A stretch of DNA of 64,000 bases, from the NCBI GenBank assembly GCA_964252035.1, contig OZ176203.1; one strand, written 5' to 3'. The notes beneath the pieces were generated by a model. It searched no databases, was not told where the DNA came from, and saw only the letters and a list, made by a program, of their open reading frames with translations. Shown here piece after piece: positions 34,907-49,181 of the stretch. Both the position numbers and the translations under genes were made by a program. Source of the stretch: Podarcis erhardii (taxonomy: Eukaryota). Each line of letters begins with the position of its first letter. Position 1 is the stretch's first letter.

Positions 34907-37900
34907 TATAATTTTACATGCATTTACTCAGAAGTAATCCCCATGAGTTCAGTGAGACATACTCCCAGATAAGTGAGTATGCAATAGCAACCCTAATGAC
35001 TGTTTTAAAATATACAGGGCAGCAGTGCTTTCAGTAATGCTTCCTTTGCCAGTGTGAGGAATGTCTCTAAATGTCCCCATTAATGACTGCTGGAGAAATT
35101 ATTTTGATGAGTGATATGAAATGCATCTCCTCTGGAACACATTCTTTAAATATTCTAATTCCGGATGAAGCCATGACAGATTATCCAAAAAGTCAACACT
35201 CATGCAAGTTTTTCCCCAAACTACACTTTAAAGCAGATTAAGCTGTGATTAAAAATGTGGAATTCAGGGTGGCCCAAGTCACTGAGCTGCCTGAGACAAA
35301 GCACAAGATGGTGCTCCCCCAACCTGTGTTCCACAATTTGCAGCTGCACTGACAACTGAATCTTAACCTCAACATTGTCCATCTGCCAATGTCTTCCACT
35401 GCATCCCAAGGCAGTTCAGAAAATGTCTGAACCACACCTTTATTCAGAAGTCTATTGGGCGGTGAACATAAAAGCAACACAGTATTAAGACCAACAACTA
35501 CCGTAATAAAATCAAAACAACATGAAATTTGAGGAAAATCTGCTTAGGGGTTGCAGGACAGGCAAAGCTCTGTCAGCCAACACCTTGCTACATCTGTCCC
35601 CAACCCACTCCATGGCATCCACACTTTTCTGCCTAGTGGTAGGGTTAGTCCTGATGGAATGTCATTTTCCTGCCTTTCTTCTTTTACTGACTGGATGAAG
35701 CAACTGTCCCCATTGTACTTCAGTGTGTCAAGAGGACTGGAGGCAACTGCTTACCTGGGCATCATAAAATAAAAATCTGAAATATTGGCTTAGGGTAGAA
35801 GGTAAATAACTGCTGTTGGCTTGCAAAAAGCTGAAGCTAGCACCTAGGATTTGCTGCTTCTTCCTTTTTGAGCCGTGCTCTTCAACACTCTATAAAATAT
35901 GGTATCCATTCCTAAATGTCATTGCTATATAACTGGTGGACAGCCATGCATCCTGTCTCCATTTGCAGTTCTTTCTTTGCTGCTTTCTGCTGCTTGCTTT
36001 GTGCTGGTAAAACTCACTCTCAGTGTCTCTGTGGTCTGTAACTTTCAGCAGTAGCTGTGTTGCCCTATTGCAGCAAAACAACAGAGTGTCCCCAGGCACC
36101 TTGAAGACTAACAGGTTTATTGTGGGATACATTTTCATAGGCCTCACCGCCCGCTTTCACTTTTCATTTTCAATCACATACAGCTTATTTCATGATCTTC
36201 CTTATAGTTCTTCTTTGTGCCTTTTTCTTTCTCTCCAAATATTTAAGTGTAGATAAATCTTACAAATTTACTACGGAAGATGTCAAAGGGAAACCCCTTG
36301 CTGCATCTTTTATTCTAGTAGTACATCAGAAGAACCACGTCAAATAGAGGTTGCACTTAAAGCTAACTAACAAAATTAAAAGCTGAATAACATTTACCCA
36401 TACATTCTCGAAAAAACTTGGATGTGAAATACCTGAACTTACATGTGTATGCAAATCTGGCTTCTCGTTAAAAGACTTGAAAGTGGTCAAGATATTATTT
36501 TTATTTTATTTTATTTTAAAAACAAGAAAACTACAGACTTATCCGCCTAACCCCTTTTCCAGGCAAGCACAGAATGCATTATGAAAGCTAGAATGGTACA
36601 TATAACCAATCTTGTTGAGGAACAGTCAATGTGCTTGTTACAAAGGGGGGTTTGTCTCACTAACGTTTTAAGTTCTTCTACACCAGCTGCTTTTCTTGAG
36701 AGATGTACTGAAAACAGCTTGTGCAGTCTGTACCTCATCACTGTACTAGCCTTAATTAGGATTGATTTTGGAGGGAGGGGGTTAGTGGGTACTTTTTAAA
36801 GGAAGCACTCATTTTATCTGTATGTTGTCTCATGATGCCTGTCAAACAGCAGGCTGGAGTACATGTACACACAACCACGCACACACACCAGCAGCAGCGA
36901 AAGGTTTTTCCAGCTTTTCTACTTAATGCAGTTCTCCCCCACTGTTCTTCTCTATAGGGTGAAGTCCATCTTCACATGCATCTCCATGCCTCATCTGTTG
37001 GTAGGAAAGATATGCAGTTCGTTTCTTTATGCTGTGCCATGAAAACTAATAGCACAGGACTTTATCAGGGCAAAGAGAGACAAATGTGAGAGACCCTACT
37101 TGTCCCAGAAATAAACAATTTGGTGCAGACACATAACCTTAAAAGGGATTTTTTTCTTTTTCTTTTGGGGTAAGAGTAGCTGCTCATTTACACAGAACAC
37201 ATCCAGTAGACGTGATCTTCTTGGGTTGTCAAATAGGCTTTTGCCAAAGCCCCCTGATTGATATAGTGCTTTTTTACCCTCTAGTTTTAAAAGTATAAAG
37301 CTGAGGTGCTGACGAAACCACTTGAAATCATCAGAGAGGATGAGGAATCTTCCTCATCCAAGAAAAATGCTAAAATTTTACCTTTTTTAGGTTTTATATA
37401 AAAATGCAACTGAAGGGAATGTGATTGAGGAATATTTGTACATGTGTGTGCGTATCTTGAAGAGGACATCACTGAAGTATTAGACAACTACCACCTGGTC
37501 AGAAAGGCCCTCTTTTTTGGATAGGTTGTTTCCAGTCCACTTCAGGTGTCCCTGAAGGAAATTGTTTTGAGGCTTATTTCCATATGGTTTCAGGCCTTGT
37601 TTTGGCATTGACAGAGCCTTGGTCACCCGCATAGATTACTTTTATTGCTCTCACAGCAGATTTTGATGCCATTGGCTGTGGCAGTCTTCTGTATCAGTGC
37701 TAGGGATTGACATTTGAGGCCACTCTGTTACAGTGGTTTTGTTCCTAAATGCAGGATCAATACCACAAAGTAGCATTGGGTGATTTCTGCTTGGCTCTTT
37801 GACAGTTATGTTGTGGGCCCCACAAGGTTCCATTCAGTCCCTGATGAAGGTTATCTGGGAATTTGTAGTGTGTTATCATCAGTGTGTGGACCACTCTGTG

Positions 37901-37952
37901 TCTCCGTTCCATCTGAATCAGGAGAGACTGTTCACGTGCTGGACTGGTGGTT

Positions 37953-38218
37953 GAGGACGTGTGGTGTAGTGGTTAAGAGCGGTAGTCTCGTAATCTGGGG
38001 AACCGGGTTCGCTTCCCCGCTCCTCCACATGCAGCTGCTGGGTGACCTTGGGCTAGTCACACTTCTCTGAAGTCTCTCAGCCCCACTCACCTCACAGAGT
38101 GTTTGTTGTGGGGGAGGAAGGGAAAGGAGAATGTTAGCTGCTTTGAGACTCCTTAAATGGAGTGAAAGGCGGGATATCAAATCCAAACTCCTCCTCCTCC
38201 TCCTCCTCCTCTTCTTCT
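37953..38218 (+). mobile_element. Squam3-like (MIR/Ther1-derived CORE) SINE, full length
   Basis: A box GTGGTGTAGTGG, B box GGGTTCGCTTCC, CORE-like GGGTGACCTTGGGCTAGTCAC and (CTC/TTC)n tail. Confidence 0.8.
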
Positions 38219-40919
38219 AAGAAAGACTCCTGACAAGATTTGGGCATGGATTGTGGGTAGTTCTAAAGTCCACTAATTGAATAGGTGACCTGTCTTGAAT
38301 GGAACTGCACTCCTCCTGAAAAGAGTAAGTTTATAGTCTGTTGGTGCTTCCTGAGTTAATGCTATCATTTGGGACCCAAATAGCCTTGATGACAGGGAGT
38401 GTCTTTCTCCAGCTCACAACTCCACTCCTCTTTGCATCAGTTTTGGACCACATTCTTTAGAGTTACAACCTTCTCAGTTGTATTGAGAGGCACAGGAACA
38501 TGTAACAAAATTTAAACAGGATTTAGAGCAATGACATTTCTCTGAAAGGAAGGGGGGGGAAATGAGACAATAACCTGCCATCCATGCATAATCTCCCATT
38601 GGTGTTTGAAAAAGTACAAAATGGAGATTTCATCCTATATTGTTTGGGAAATTGTTTTATTGTCCACATATACTGTAACGTTTGGAGAGTTGTATTATTA
38701 TTTACATACACAGAAGATTTATTTGTGAACAAAGAGGGAGTAGAAAAAGGAGAACCAGATCTACAAAGACAGGAATCTTTGATGTTGTATCTCATCTGGA
38801 AGTAAATTCATACTGCATATTAAAACAAGAAAAAAGATAAATATGTTTCAAATTCAGGAATCAAACTTCATTTTAAGTATTATATCGATACACTCCTCTT
38901 GAATGCATTTCCAGTCTGCCTAGTAGCAATCTCTTGTTTTCAACAAGAGAGAAATTCTCAGCACATGCAAGACGAAAAGCTTGTGTAGAATGTAGATAAT
39001 ATTCCTTCCACTGAAAAGAAAAGGAGTCCCAAAGCAAAATTTGAAGTGAGTTTAGGAGTTATTTCTATGGCAGAACATCAGATGAATCTCAAGGGAAGCC
39101 ATACGTGTTCTGATAAAACCATCAAATTTTCAGAGGGCACTTTTCCACATCCCCAGTTAGAAAGCCCTATGTGCATGGGGCTCATGGTTGCATTCAGTAC
39201 ATTGAAGAAAGGAATGCGATTTCCAAAAGGGTTTGATGTTTGAAATATAAAACAAGCCATTTACATTTTTATGAGTAACATGAATGTGTTTGAACAGTGT
39301 TACAAACTCTGTAGCTATAAAAGTGAAATCTGATTCAGACAATGTGATACAATCAAGTGATAGATTCCATTAAAAGGTCCTTCTTCCGAATGGATATCTT
39401 TGCTCATTTCTTAACCATTTTTCATCCCCTTTGTTTGATCTTCCCTGTAAAATGTATGATAGTGCTTCCAATTTAACTCTGGAAACAGCTTATTCATAGT
39501 CACCTCTATAAAGAAATGTATACCCGTTTCAACCAATGGCAAACATTTTTTTAACAGAATCATTATGTTCTGAGTAATGCTTTTTGCCGTTGGTTGGAAT
39601 GGTTGTATATTTCTTTTCCAGATGTAGTTTATAAAGTTAGAGTAGAAATACTCTGGTATTTTAAGAATATTGCATGGTATCACTAAATTATTTTGAAGCA
39701 ATTTTGCTTGTGTAATGTGCTCTAGAAATTCATTTAAAAATTCAGCACAGTACAAAACAGTAAACTGGATATGTGATTTATTTTAGACGTTCGGTTATAA
39801 TTGAAAGAGTAATTTCAAGTCAACTTTGTGCATGTTTACAGGCCTATTAGCAGAAAAGTTATTGCTAGAAAAATAATACTGAACAATTTCCAGTAAATAT
39901 TCTGCCATACTCACATTCTCTCTCTCCCTCCTATAAATCATTTCTCAAGTATATCAAAGGCTAACTTAGACCCTACATGTTTTTTTAATAACCCTGTAAA
40001 ACGAAACAGTTAATAAATAAAGACTTCTCATTGGCAGTAGGAAGTATATGTAAGTAATATCACATTTGCTAGGTTGTGCCTTAATGTTTGCAATTTTCAT
40101 CTGCACCTTGAGAGATTGCCTCTTACCAAGGTAAAATAACAGCACACGCGTAGGACACAGTTGCCTCATTGTACTCATTAAACATGTTCATTATTTGTGC
40201 TATTAGCATTTAGCAGTCAGAATAAAACTGTGTAGGAAATTTACTTTGCCAACACACTTCCATCTCCACTGCCGCTGGTATCTCTGTCTCAGCCTTTTGA
40301 ATTTTTGTTGCACAAGATTTCTTAAATTTCTCCTGATGGAATAAGCAGTAGAATATTTATTGTACAAAAAATATTATTGACCTAATTTGCACTTTATAAG
40401 CAAATGGCATATCTCAATGGGGGGAAAGACTCCCTCCCACCACCAAATTCAGTTCTTCATTTGTTTTGCTCACCATGCCGCATTAGCACAGTTTTCCCCT
40501 GTGTCCATCTGCCAGTGTACAATTTAGCCATGGGCATCTGCAGACCTTGCGGTGATCAGTATTGCAGGCAAAAGCCATATGTGTTTAAATAATAAAAAAG
40601 AAACTCTTTATTTCATTTGCTGTTTTAACTGGATGGATAACTTTTGTGCCTTAAGTCAGACGGAGAGAAAATACAGAAATAATTAATTGCCTCTATTCTT
40701 TAGGCAGTTTCATTTTCCTTTTCCAATATGGAATGCTTGTCAGCTTTCCTGATAAATGACTGCATGTATTTGCATAGATTTTACATTAACAGAAAAATTA
40801 GTTTATTTGTGAAAAGTAGTTTACATAATAATGCAAAGTGTAGTATGAATTATGTTTATTAACCTAGGGGAAGAAACTGTAGAAGCCTGTGCATAATAAA
40901 ATCTTGTCAAGGGTTTGAG

Positions 40920-40921
<2 letters not shown>

Positions 40922-40956
<35 letters not shown>
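40922..40956. repeat. (AC)n microsatellite
   Basis: Seen directly in sequence. Confidence 0.95.
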
Positions 40957-40960
<4 letters not shown>

Positions 40961-43639
40961 TCAAGCCCCACAAACCTTTATTTTTATGCCTCTTTGAAAA
41001 AAGAAAAAGTCTTTGAAAGATTTTTAGTCAACTGACTCCAGATTTTCCTAGGGAAAGCCTTTTTGGGAATCTCTTGGGCATTCTCTCCCCCCCCCCAACA
41101 CATTTAAACCCATTTGGAAAAAATGTATGCTAAATTTGATCTGTTTTGAAGTTTATTTCCAAGTTTGAATAGAAGACTGCAAGTCAGTTCATTGTTTGCA
41201 AAGTACACATTAAGAACACACTTTAAGTTTCTAATAACACCACTGATGTGATGTTATCTGTAGCTTTTCTTTAAAAGCTTTCAGTTGCTGCATTATCATT
41301 TAGTAGGATCATGAAAATAAATTTGAGTTTCTTGCTTCACAGCTTATTACATGTCCTCTAACATGTGATCATTATTGGGTTCAAACTGCATTTAAAAACC
41401 GGAATTTAATAGTTTAAAGAAAAATCATGACCAAAGTGTTCTCCATACAAGCCATTTTTTTTCCTGGGGAAAGTATTGGTTGTTCGGCTTGGAGCTAGTA
41501 GCCTTAAGGCAAATAATACTATTTATGCAGCATCAGGGTGTTTTTATGCCATATAAAATGCAGATGTATTCAGGGCTGTTGTCTCATGCTGTATTGCAAA
41601 ATATCTTGTTGCTTATGAAACATGCTACACCTAATGGCAAGTTAAAAGAAGAGAGTGCCTTTGCCACTTCTTGAATCTGGGACACCCTGGGTACCAGCTG
41701 TCACAGTTCAGCTAATGATGACAAATACTCCTCTCTATGCAGATTGCCGAGTTTGCAGGCTGCTGTGAGAGGCAGCCAGATTACCTTTCCTCAGATAGTA
41801 ATTTAACCTTTTAAACTCAAGTGTCAGAAGGAAATTATTAGCCGGGTTATTTTCAATAACTATTGCTTTCCCCCCTTTTTAAGCTAATACAGTAATAAAT
41901 TCACAAATAGTTCTTGTACCTGTTGTGCTACAAGAACAGGAAATCAACATGATAGTACCTATAAGCAGTAAAGGCACTTTGCCAGCATGAATTCTTAAAC
42001 TGACCTTGGATAGAGACTATCTGTACTATCTGGAAGAAACCTGGAAGGCTATATTTATGCTTCCACCGGTAGCAGGCAGCGTCATACCCCCAGTCCCACC
42101 GTCACCACTTGTATTCACAGATATAACTAGGGCAATGTTTTTAAAATTATATTTTTATTTTCTTGGATGTTCATACTGTGATTCTGTGTGGGAGCTTTCA
42201 GTAGTCTCATCCAGATTCCATTTATTCCAAGTTCTATGCCTCAGTTTAACAAGGTCTTTGATTTTTTTCCTAGTGTTATATGTCTGCATTTTACTCAGGG
42301 GGCTTGTATGAGTAAAAAGGTTAGGATTATATTTTCTGGTGTAATCATTTTGTCAATGTTCATCATAGAAGCTTTCAAATGAGAAAAGTTTGTCAAACTT
42401 GTTTTGCATATTTTGAAGTGAATTTTTAAATAATGGGCATATTTTGCAACAAGATCCCATAATCTTAGAGTGAATTCATTCTCTTGACTATGGATCTTCA
42501 CGCATTCAAAAGGGCATCCCTGCACAGAAGTCAGGGAAATACCAGGGTTTTATAGAGAAGTTTGAAAGATCTTTAGGGCAGGGTGGGGGCACCTAATAAA
42601 AACTGAAAAATGGTCCACAGAATGTGCTGACTGATAGTTGAGCAGGAGGCAGAAAGGCAATTTGTTTGTTACAAGCATGACAACTGTGTCTATGTTATCT
42701 TTTGTTTTTGTTTTTAAAATAATATTTATTCAGATTTTCAAGATACAAAAACATTTAAAGCATAAACAAACAAAAACAGAAAAAAGGCAAAAGAAAAAAG
42801 AAAAAAAGAGAGAAAAGTAAACAAGATTCAAAATAACTTCATTTCATTATCTTGTGTCTTAGACTTCCTCATACCTCCCTTTTTTGTATTCCAATTTAAT
42901 CATTGTTTCAGCAAATTCTTCCCATATTTATATAAAAAAAGAATAATTTATCTTAACAATCTATTTCAAATTTATCAATATTACCTTTAACTTTATCTTT
43001 ACTTTCAAAACCATATACCTTTAAATTTAGACTTTAAATTATATTTATACTTATTATCTTCGAATCTTTCTACTAAAGCCAATTATTTCCTTTCCGCCGC
43101 AGTTATGTTATCTTTTGTTCACAAGTTACCAAGGCAGTGTACAATAAAATAACTTAAGTCAATCCACTAAACACATTAAACACCATTAGAGAATAAAATG
43201 TTACATGTGGCATATCTAAGGAACAATAAAAATGTATCAAAGGCCCTCAATACCAGAGTGAACAGGCATATTTTACTAGCCAATGAAGTATCTATACTGT
43301 TGTACCTGTTTGAAATCCAGGTGGAAATCATTCCCTGAGATGGATGCTGTTACAAAGGCAGCCTGTCTCTGAGTAGTCATAAGCTGTATTTCCATAGGAT
43401 ATGGCCTGACCCAGAAGACTTCTTCTGATAAGTGTAGAGGATAGGTAGTTCTACACACAGAGAGCCATTCTTTCAGATACCCTTATCTCAAACTTTGTCA
43501 CCTAAACTTGGCTTGGAAGCCAGTACAATTCTTTAAGCATTGGTAATATGTGCATGTGGTGTGGTGTCCCACTTAGCTGCGACATTTTGTGCTAACTGCA
43601 GTGTTCAAGCAAACCTGAGGGCAGCTCCACATTGATCTC

Positions 43640-43830
43640 ATTTCAATAATCCAATCTTGAGATTACCAGTGTATGAATCATTGTTGCTAAGCCGTCTCTG
43701 TCTAGGAATGGCCACAGTTGGTAAATCAGGCAAAGGTGGTAAAATGCTCTCCTAGGCAAGGAGCGTGGGATGAAGTATACTGGAAAGGGGCATGTTGAGA
43801 TGACTGAAACCCTGAACAGGAGCATTTGTC
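43640..43830 (-). mobile_element. L2-clade fragment
   Basis: Translates RRAFYHLCLIYQLWPFLDRDGLATMIHTLVISRLDY, the L2 post-RT motif. Confidence 0.7.
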
Positions 43831-43979
43831 GTAGCTTCAACTGCTATTATAAGTATATAAACACATAAGTGTTTGCATAAAAAGAGTTAAAGGAAAATGA
43901 TTCTTATTGAAACTAAGTTATGTGAGGCTGGAGCATAGCTGGAGAGTCAAAGTGCTTTTCAAGCAATAATGGAAGGGTA

Positions 43980-44272
43980 TAGGACTTGTCGATCAGAAGG
44001 TTGGTGGTTCGAATCCCCGCGATGGGGTGAGCTCCCGTTGCTCAGCCCCTGCTCCTGCCAACCTAGCAGTTTGAAAGCACGGCAGAGTGCAAGTAGATAA
44101 ATAGGTACCACTCTAGCAGGAAGGTAAATGGCGTTTCCGTGCACTGCTCTGTTTCCCCAGAAGCGGCTTAGTCATGCTGGCCACATGACCCGGAAGCTGT
44201 ACACCGGCTCCCTCAGCCAATAAAGCAGGATGAGCGCCGCAACCCCAGAGTCGGCACGACTAGACCTTTACC
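43980..44272 (+). mobile_element. Sauria SINE, 5'-truncated
   Basis: TAGGACTTG.CGATCAGAAGG...GGTTCGAATCCCC...GCAACCCCAGAGTC...ACCTTTACC. Reverse complement of the copy at 60348-60694. Confidence 0.9.
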
Positions 44273-45200
44273 TATGTTTTTTGTAGGAAAAGTGTCTTAT
44301 ATGTCTTACCTGGTTTACCACCCTCCCCCTGCCTTTTCCTAGGAAGCCCATAATTGCCTCAAACCACAGTGGAGCCTCAAAAGATTTTGACATCCTTCCA
44401 GTAAATACTTTGCAGACTGATGGTCTGCCTAGAAGTGGTTCTGCCAGGCTGAGCATTCTAGGAGTGCACTTGGCCCTAGAGGGATCACAGCCAGGGAGCA
44501 ACAGACAGAGAGGTATTTCTATCAGCTATGGCCAATGCCAGAAGGACGGAATTGCAAGAGCTTGTCTTGCAGGCTTTCTCCACACTTTGCAAAAACCTTG
44601 CAGTTGGCTACACCTTCACTATTGGTGACAGATCACTGTAAAACTGAGAAAGAGGAAATAATAAATTCCTCCTACTTCACAGGAATTACTGTGTTTGGGC
44701 CTTGGTTGATCTTGCTTAGGGGTGGCAAACTGGTGGACCAAATAATCCTTAAATGGAAGCCATAATAGATTTGTGATATGTGCTTGGTTTTAAGAGCTCT
44801 GAACCATGTCTAGACTTGGTGGAATTAGGCTCAGTATGTAAATGGTGAGGAAACAAAAAGCCATAATTATGTGATCTGGAAAACCCATGTGTTGGATGTG
44901 TGCAGTGAGAGAAACAAGAGTGTAGTCATAGGCCAAAGGTATATTAATGCCACAAAATATACCAGTGAATTAGAGAATGGAAGTATCTTGAAATTTGCTA
45001 CAAAATTATTATGATTATTTCCATTTTTTGTGAAATTCTCAGCTCTTTCTTTGACATAGTTTTATTCTGCTCTTATTTAGCTTTTATTATTTGTATATAT
45101 TGGAATTTATAGTGACCCCTCCGATTATATTGTACATAAACTGCTTTTTAAAAAAGAGATTTTTAAATAAAAAAGAGATTTTTAAATATTAAACAGTATA

Positions 45201-45442
45201 CAGTGGTACCTCGGGTTACATATGCTTCAGGTTACATACGCTTCAGGTTACAGACTCCGCTAACCCAGAAATAGTGCTTCAGGTTAAGAACTTTGCTTCA
45301 GGATAAAAACAGAAATCGGGCTCCGGCGGTGCGGCGGCAGCAGGAGGCCCCATTAGCTAAAGTGGTGCTTCAGGTTAAGAACAGTTTCAGGTTAAGAATG
45401 GACCTCCGGAACGAATTAAGTACTTAACCCGAGGTACCACTG
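45201..45442. mobile_element. Tc1/mariner-superfamily (Tigger-like) MITE
   Basis: TIR CAGTGGTACCTCGGGTTA / TAACCCGAGGTACCACTG and TA TSD. Carries one extra internal 16-nt unit (TTACATAYGCTTCAGG) relative to the 34681 copy. Confidence 0.92.
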
Positions 45443-47719
45443 TATACATTTCATAAATAAACAATAGTAATGTTATTAGTTGCCAGAGCATAGCTAGGAA
45501 TACACTATGAAGTGGGTGGTTTAATGACTAGGCTGCATCATGTAGCAAAGAGGAAACTAAATTATAAGAGGTATCCTCCCATCTTGTTTAGTTTGCCAGC
45601 TTGACCCTGGAGGAATATAGGAATTCCTAGCCAATAAGGGAGAAAACAGCAATAGCTGCTTAGAACAGAACATGTCAGCCTTGTGATTAAAACATTGCAA
45701 TTCCATAGTTTGACCAGAGTAACTCTGTGGAAACACTTGTAATGTGGCCTCATCCACAGAGCAGAGCTCAGTTTGAATCTTACTATTTTATTCAGGCATA
45801 CGTTTTACTGACCTGCGATCTTCATCCTTAACAAATATGGAACTGCAGTAGACTCTGAAGATCTGTTGGCAGGAGAGATTTTTATTTTTAAAAACTGGAA
45901 AGGTCAAATCAGCAGCAAGCTTACGTGCATATGTACGAATGTTACTGTTTTTACAAGCTTCATGTGTTCTAATCTGCTCCCTTTTTGTAGCCCATTTTTA
46001 GAACAGAACTTCAGCAATTATTTTTGTTGTTGTTTAAAGCTCTTGCAAGCTGCAGGTGTGTTATGATATATTATTTTATGCAACAGTTACACTGTCTGGG
46101 GTGTAAAAAGAGCAAAGATTGTGGTGCTTTGTCCACAGCTTTCCGCAGTTTGTTGCTTGAATAGATATCAATGCCGAAACAAAAGAAGCATTTTCATGTT
46201 TGGATTTGCCCCATCTGTGTGATCTGGTGGTTTATGCAGGAGGAGGTGTTATCACATGAATCCAAATGCATAAAGTCAGTTGCTTTATGGACTCCTTTCT
46301 GTGCGTGAAGGAGTTTATAAGTTGGCTGCTCTATTGTGTGTCACTTCCAGCTGACATGTGTGCATTGTGCTGAGCATATTTGGGGTGTAATTACAACTAA
46401 TGGAGCCTGGAACAAAGCTTGTTCACTGAGTAATTTATTCGTCTCTTGTCTGATTCTTGAAAGTTGCTGCAAGACTGTTACATGAGGCACAATATTTTGG
46501 GCATGCCTAAGGGTGTCTGGCACCATTCCATTTCCATAGGCTCAAGAAGTCAGCTTAAATTTTAGAACCCGGGTAATTAATTACGAGACTCAAATTTGCT
46601 GGGGAGGCAATTTTGTAAAAGAATACAGAGAAGATGAGGTGGAATATCAACTTTACTATGCAACATAGAATCTTCTGATTTAGGATAAAATAATAAGTGT
46701 GTGAGAGAGCTTAATTTAGAGGGAAGTTCTTGTGCATGTTATTAAACTATAAATGAGAAAGGTAAATAAATAATAGAGGTGAGGTATTGTAACCTCTGAA
46801 TCAGGAGGCAGAAATCCCACATAAACTATAATTTGAGACAAGCAACAGTCTATAGCAGCATAAATAATTTGAGTGTGGTAGCATTGGTGACTGACAAAAG
46901 TTAGTGTATTACCTACAGAAGCTTATGGCACAATAAATCAGGTCATCTGAGAGGGGACTGAAAGCAAATTATCATGTTAAGCAGGGAATCAGTGGCGTTT
47001 TCCATGAATTACTTTTTGAAATGTTATGTTTTAAAGGGTTCCTGGGCTTTAAAAATTTCATACTTGAGGCTTGAATATCATAAGATGGTGAATCAGTACA
47101 CAGAATAATAGTAATTAAAATGAATGAAATATTTTATGTCATTATCCTTTATTCACACTGTTATAAAGCTTTGCTTTCTGATATCGTACTCAGAATTAGA
47201 ATTCTTCTTGTGTTTCGTTTGAACTCAGAAATAATTTTGGTTCACATTGCCCAAGCAATATGGCGGACAAGTTACTTTCTTAAACTGTTGCCTCGGACAG
47301 GAAAATCTTAAAAAGATGAACTAGGTTGTATTGCAATGTGATTGCCTAAATCTATATTATATGAAATCACTGAATATTTATTACATTAAGCACTAAATAT
47401 TTAACCATTGCATTCTACAGGTTAAATAATAGTTTATAATATTTTGTGCAACTAAAGAGATATTTAACATTTGTGTTATTCTCTATTTAAAAGTAGATCA
47501 TTTTATAGTCCCATGAGAAGGACTATACAATAATTTAACTCTGATGGAATCTTTACTTTTATCATATTTTAAGCATATCCCCCCCCCCAATGTTAAACAG
47601 AATTACAAAAGAACAACAGCAAATAAAAATATATTAAAGTACTGTGATTGCCTTCTTTAAGAGTGGGCCAATTCGGACAAGCATGTCTTATCTTAATAAT
47701 AACCCCAAACAGTTGCAGG

Positions 47720-48775
47720 GGGAAAGTCAGTCTGGCTAAAGCTCAGAATGAGCTCAGGCTTACAAGAGAGGTTAAAAATAATATAAAAAGGTTTCTTCGG
47801 CAATGTCCGAAGTAAGAAGAACAAGAAGCAAGTGGTAGGTCCTTTGTGTGGGGAACACGGAGAAATGCTGTTGGGTGACAGAGAGAAGGTGGAACTGCTC
47901 AACACCTACTTTTGCCTCTGTCTTCACCCAAAAGGAAAGCAGTGCCTAACCTGGTGATAACATAAATGATGTAAGGAGGTAGCAGCAGCCCAAGATAGGA
48001 AAAGAGGTAGTAAGGGAACACCTAGTTACTTTAAATGAATTCAAATATTCAGAGCCTGATGAGCCCAAGCGTACTAAAGGAGCTAGCAGATGTAATCTCA
48101 GAGCCTCTATAATGTTCAAAAATTATTGGAGAACAGGCAAGTTGTCCCATCTTCAAAATGGGGGAAAAAGAAGACCCAGGTAACTACAGACCAGTGAGCT
48201 TGACATTGATACCAGGAAAGGTCCTGGAACAGATAATTAAACCATTGGTCTGTGAGCACTTAGAATGGGTTTTTTTTCAAAAACGAGTCATGCCAGACAA
48301 ATCTCATTTCTTTCTTTTTTCATTAGAGTTACAAGTTTGGTGGATCAGGGAACTGTTGTGGACAAAGTGCATTTTTATTTCAGTAAGGCTTTTGACAAAG
48401 TCCCCCGTGATATTCTTGTGGAGAAGTTGGAAAAATTTGGGCCAGACAAGATATGTTTGTCCTGGAAAAGAGGAGACTGAGAGGAGATATGATAGTCATC
48501 TTCAAATATCTCAAGGGCTGTCACATGGAAGACAAAGCAAGCTCTGGAGAGTAGGACTCAAACCAATGTTACAAGAAAGGAGATTCCAACTAAACATCAG
48601 GTGGAAAAAACTTTCTGGTGGTAAGAGCTGTTTGATAGTGGAATGGACTCCCTTAGAAGGTAGTAGACTCTCCTTGTAGGCTTTTAAGCAGAGGTTGGAT
48701 GGCCACCTGTCACAGATGCTTTAGTTGAGTGTTAGACTTGATAGCCATTGGGGTTCATTCCAATTCTATGATTCC
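47720..48775 (+). mobile_element. CR1 LINE ORF2 remnant with internal deletions and 3' end
   Basis: KAQNELRL..VKNN..GFFG..., KEDPGNYRPVSLTLIPGKVLEQIIK and FSKAFDKVPRDIL motifs. Ends ATTCTATGATTC. Confidence 0.88.
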
Positions 48776-49101
48776 CTGATTTTGGGATGAAATCCAGAAA
48801 GCCATCAGAACCATTCTGTACATTCGTAGCAGAGTGTGGTGGGACAGTGGCACTCACAGCTTCCAATAGGTTGCCTCACTGCTGTTTACTAGGTGGTAGA
48901 AGAGGTGGGGGATGGTAGCAACAAGCTTGGTGCAGTGCAGACGCACAGGTGGGAGCACCAGATGGCTTTTGTTGGTGCATTTGCACCTGACCTACCACCT
49001 TGCAGCCACTTCTTCCACCTTCTGGTAGGCAACAGTGATGCAACTGCCCAGAGGACATTTTAGTGCCAACACCCCAAACTTGCCGGCTGCTGCTGCTCAT
49101 A

Positions 49102-49181
49102 CAGGGTGAGTCCTTTAAAAGAGGCCCTGTAGATACAGAGTACACATGTTTCACGGGGCCTCTTTTAAAAGACTCACCCTG
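49102..49181. mobile_element. 80-bp mariner-type mini-MITE (almost all TIR)
   Basis: About 30-bp TIRs CAGGGTGAGTC(C/T)TTTAAAAGAGGCCC(T/C)GT, a short spacer and TA TSD at 49100-49101 and 49182-49183. Confidence 0.88.

Noticed and set aside
37953-38040. tRNA-like sequences here and in other SINE heads
   Set aside because: A/B boxes continue into SINE bodies and tails, with no complete cloverleaf. They are not tRNA genes.
40113-40130. Possible 18-nt in-frame microexon (RLPLTK) with donor AAG|GTAAAA
   Set aside because: The acceptor would be GAG, which is strongly disfavoured, with a poor pyrimidine tract. More likely part of a non-coding element.
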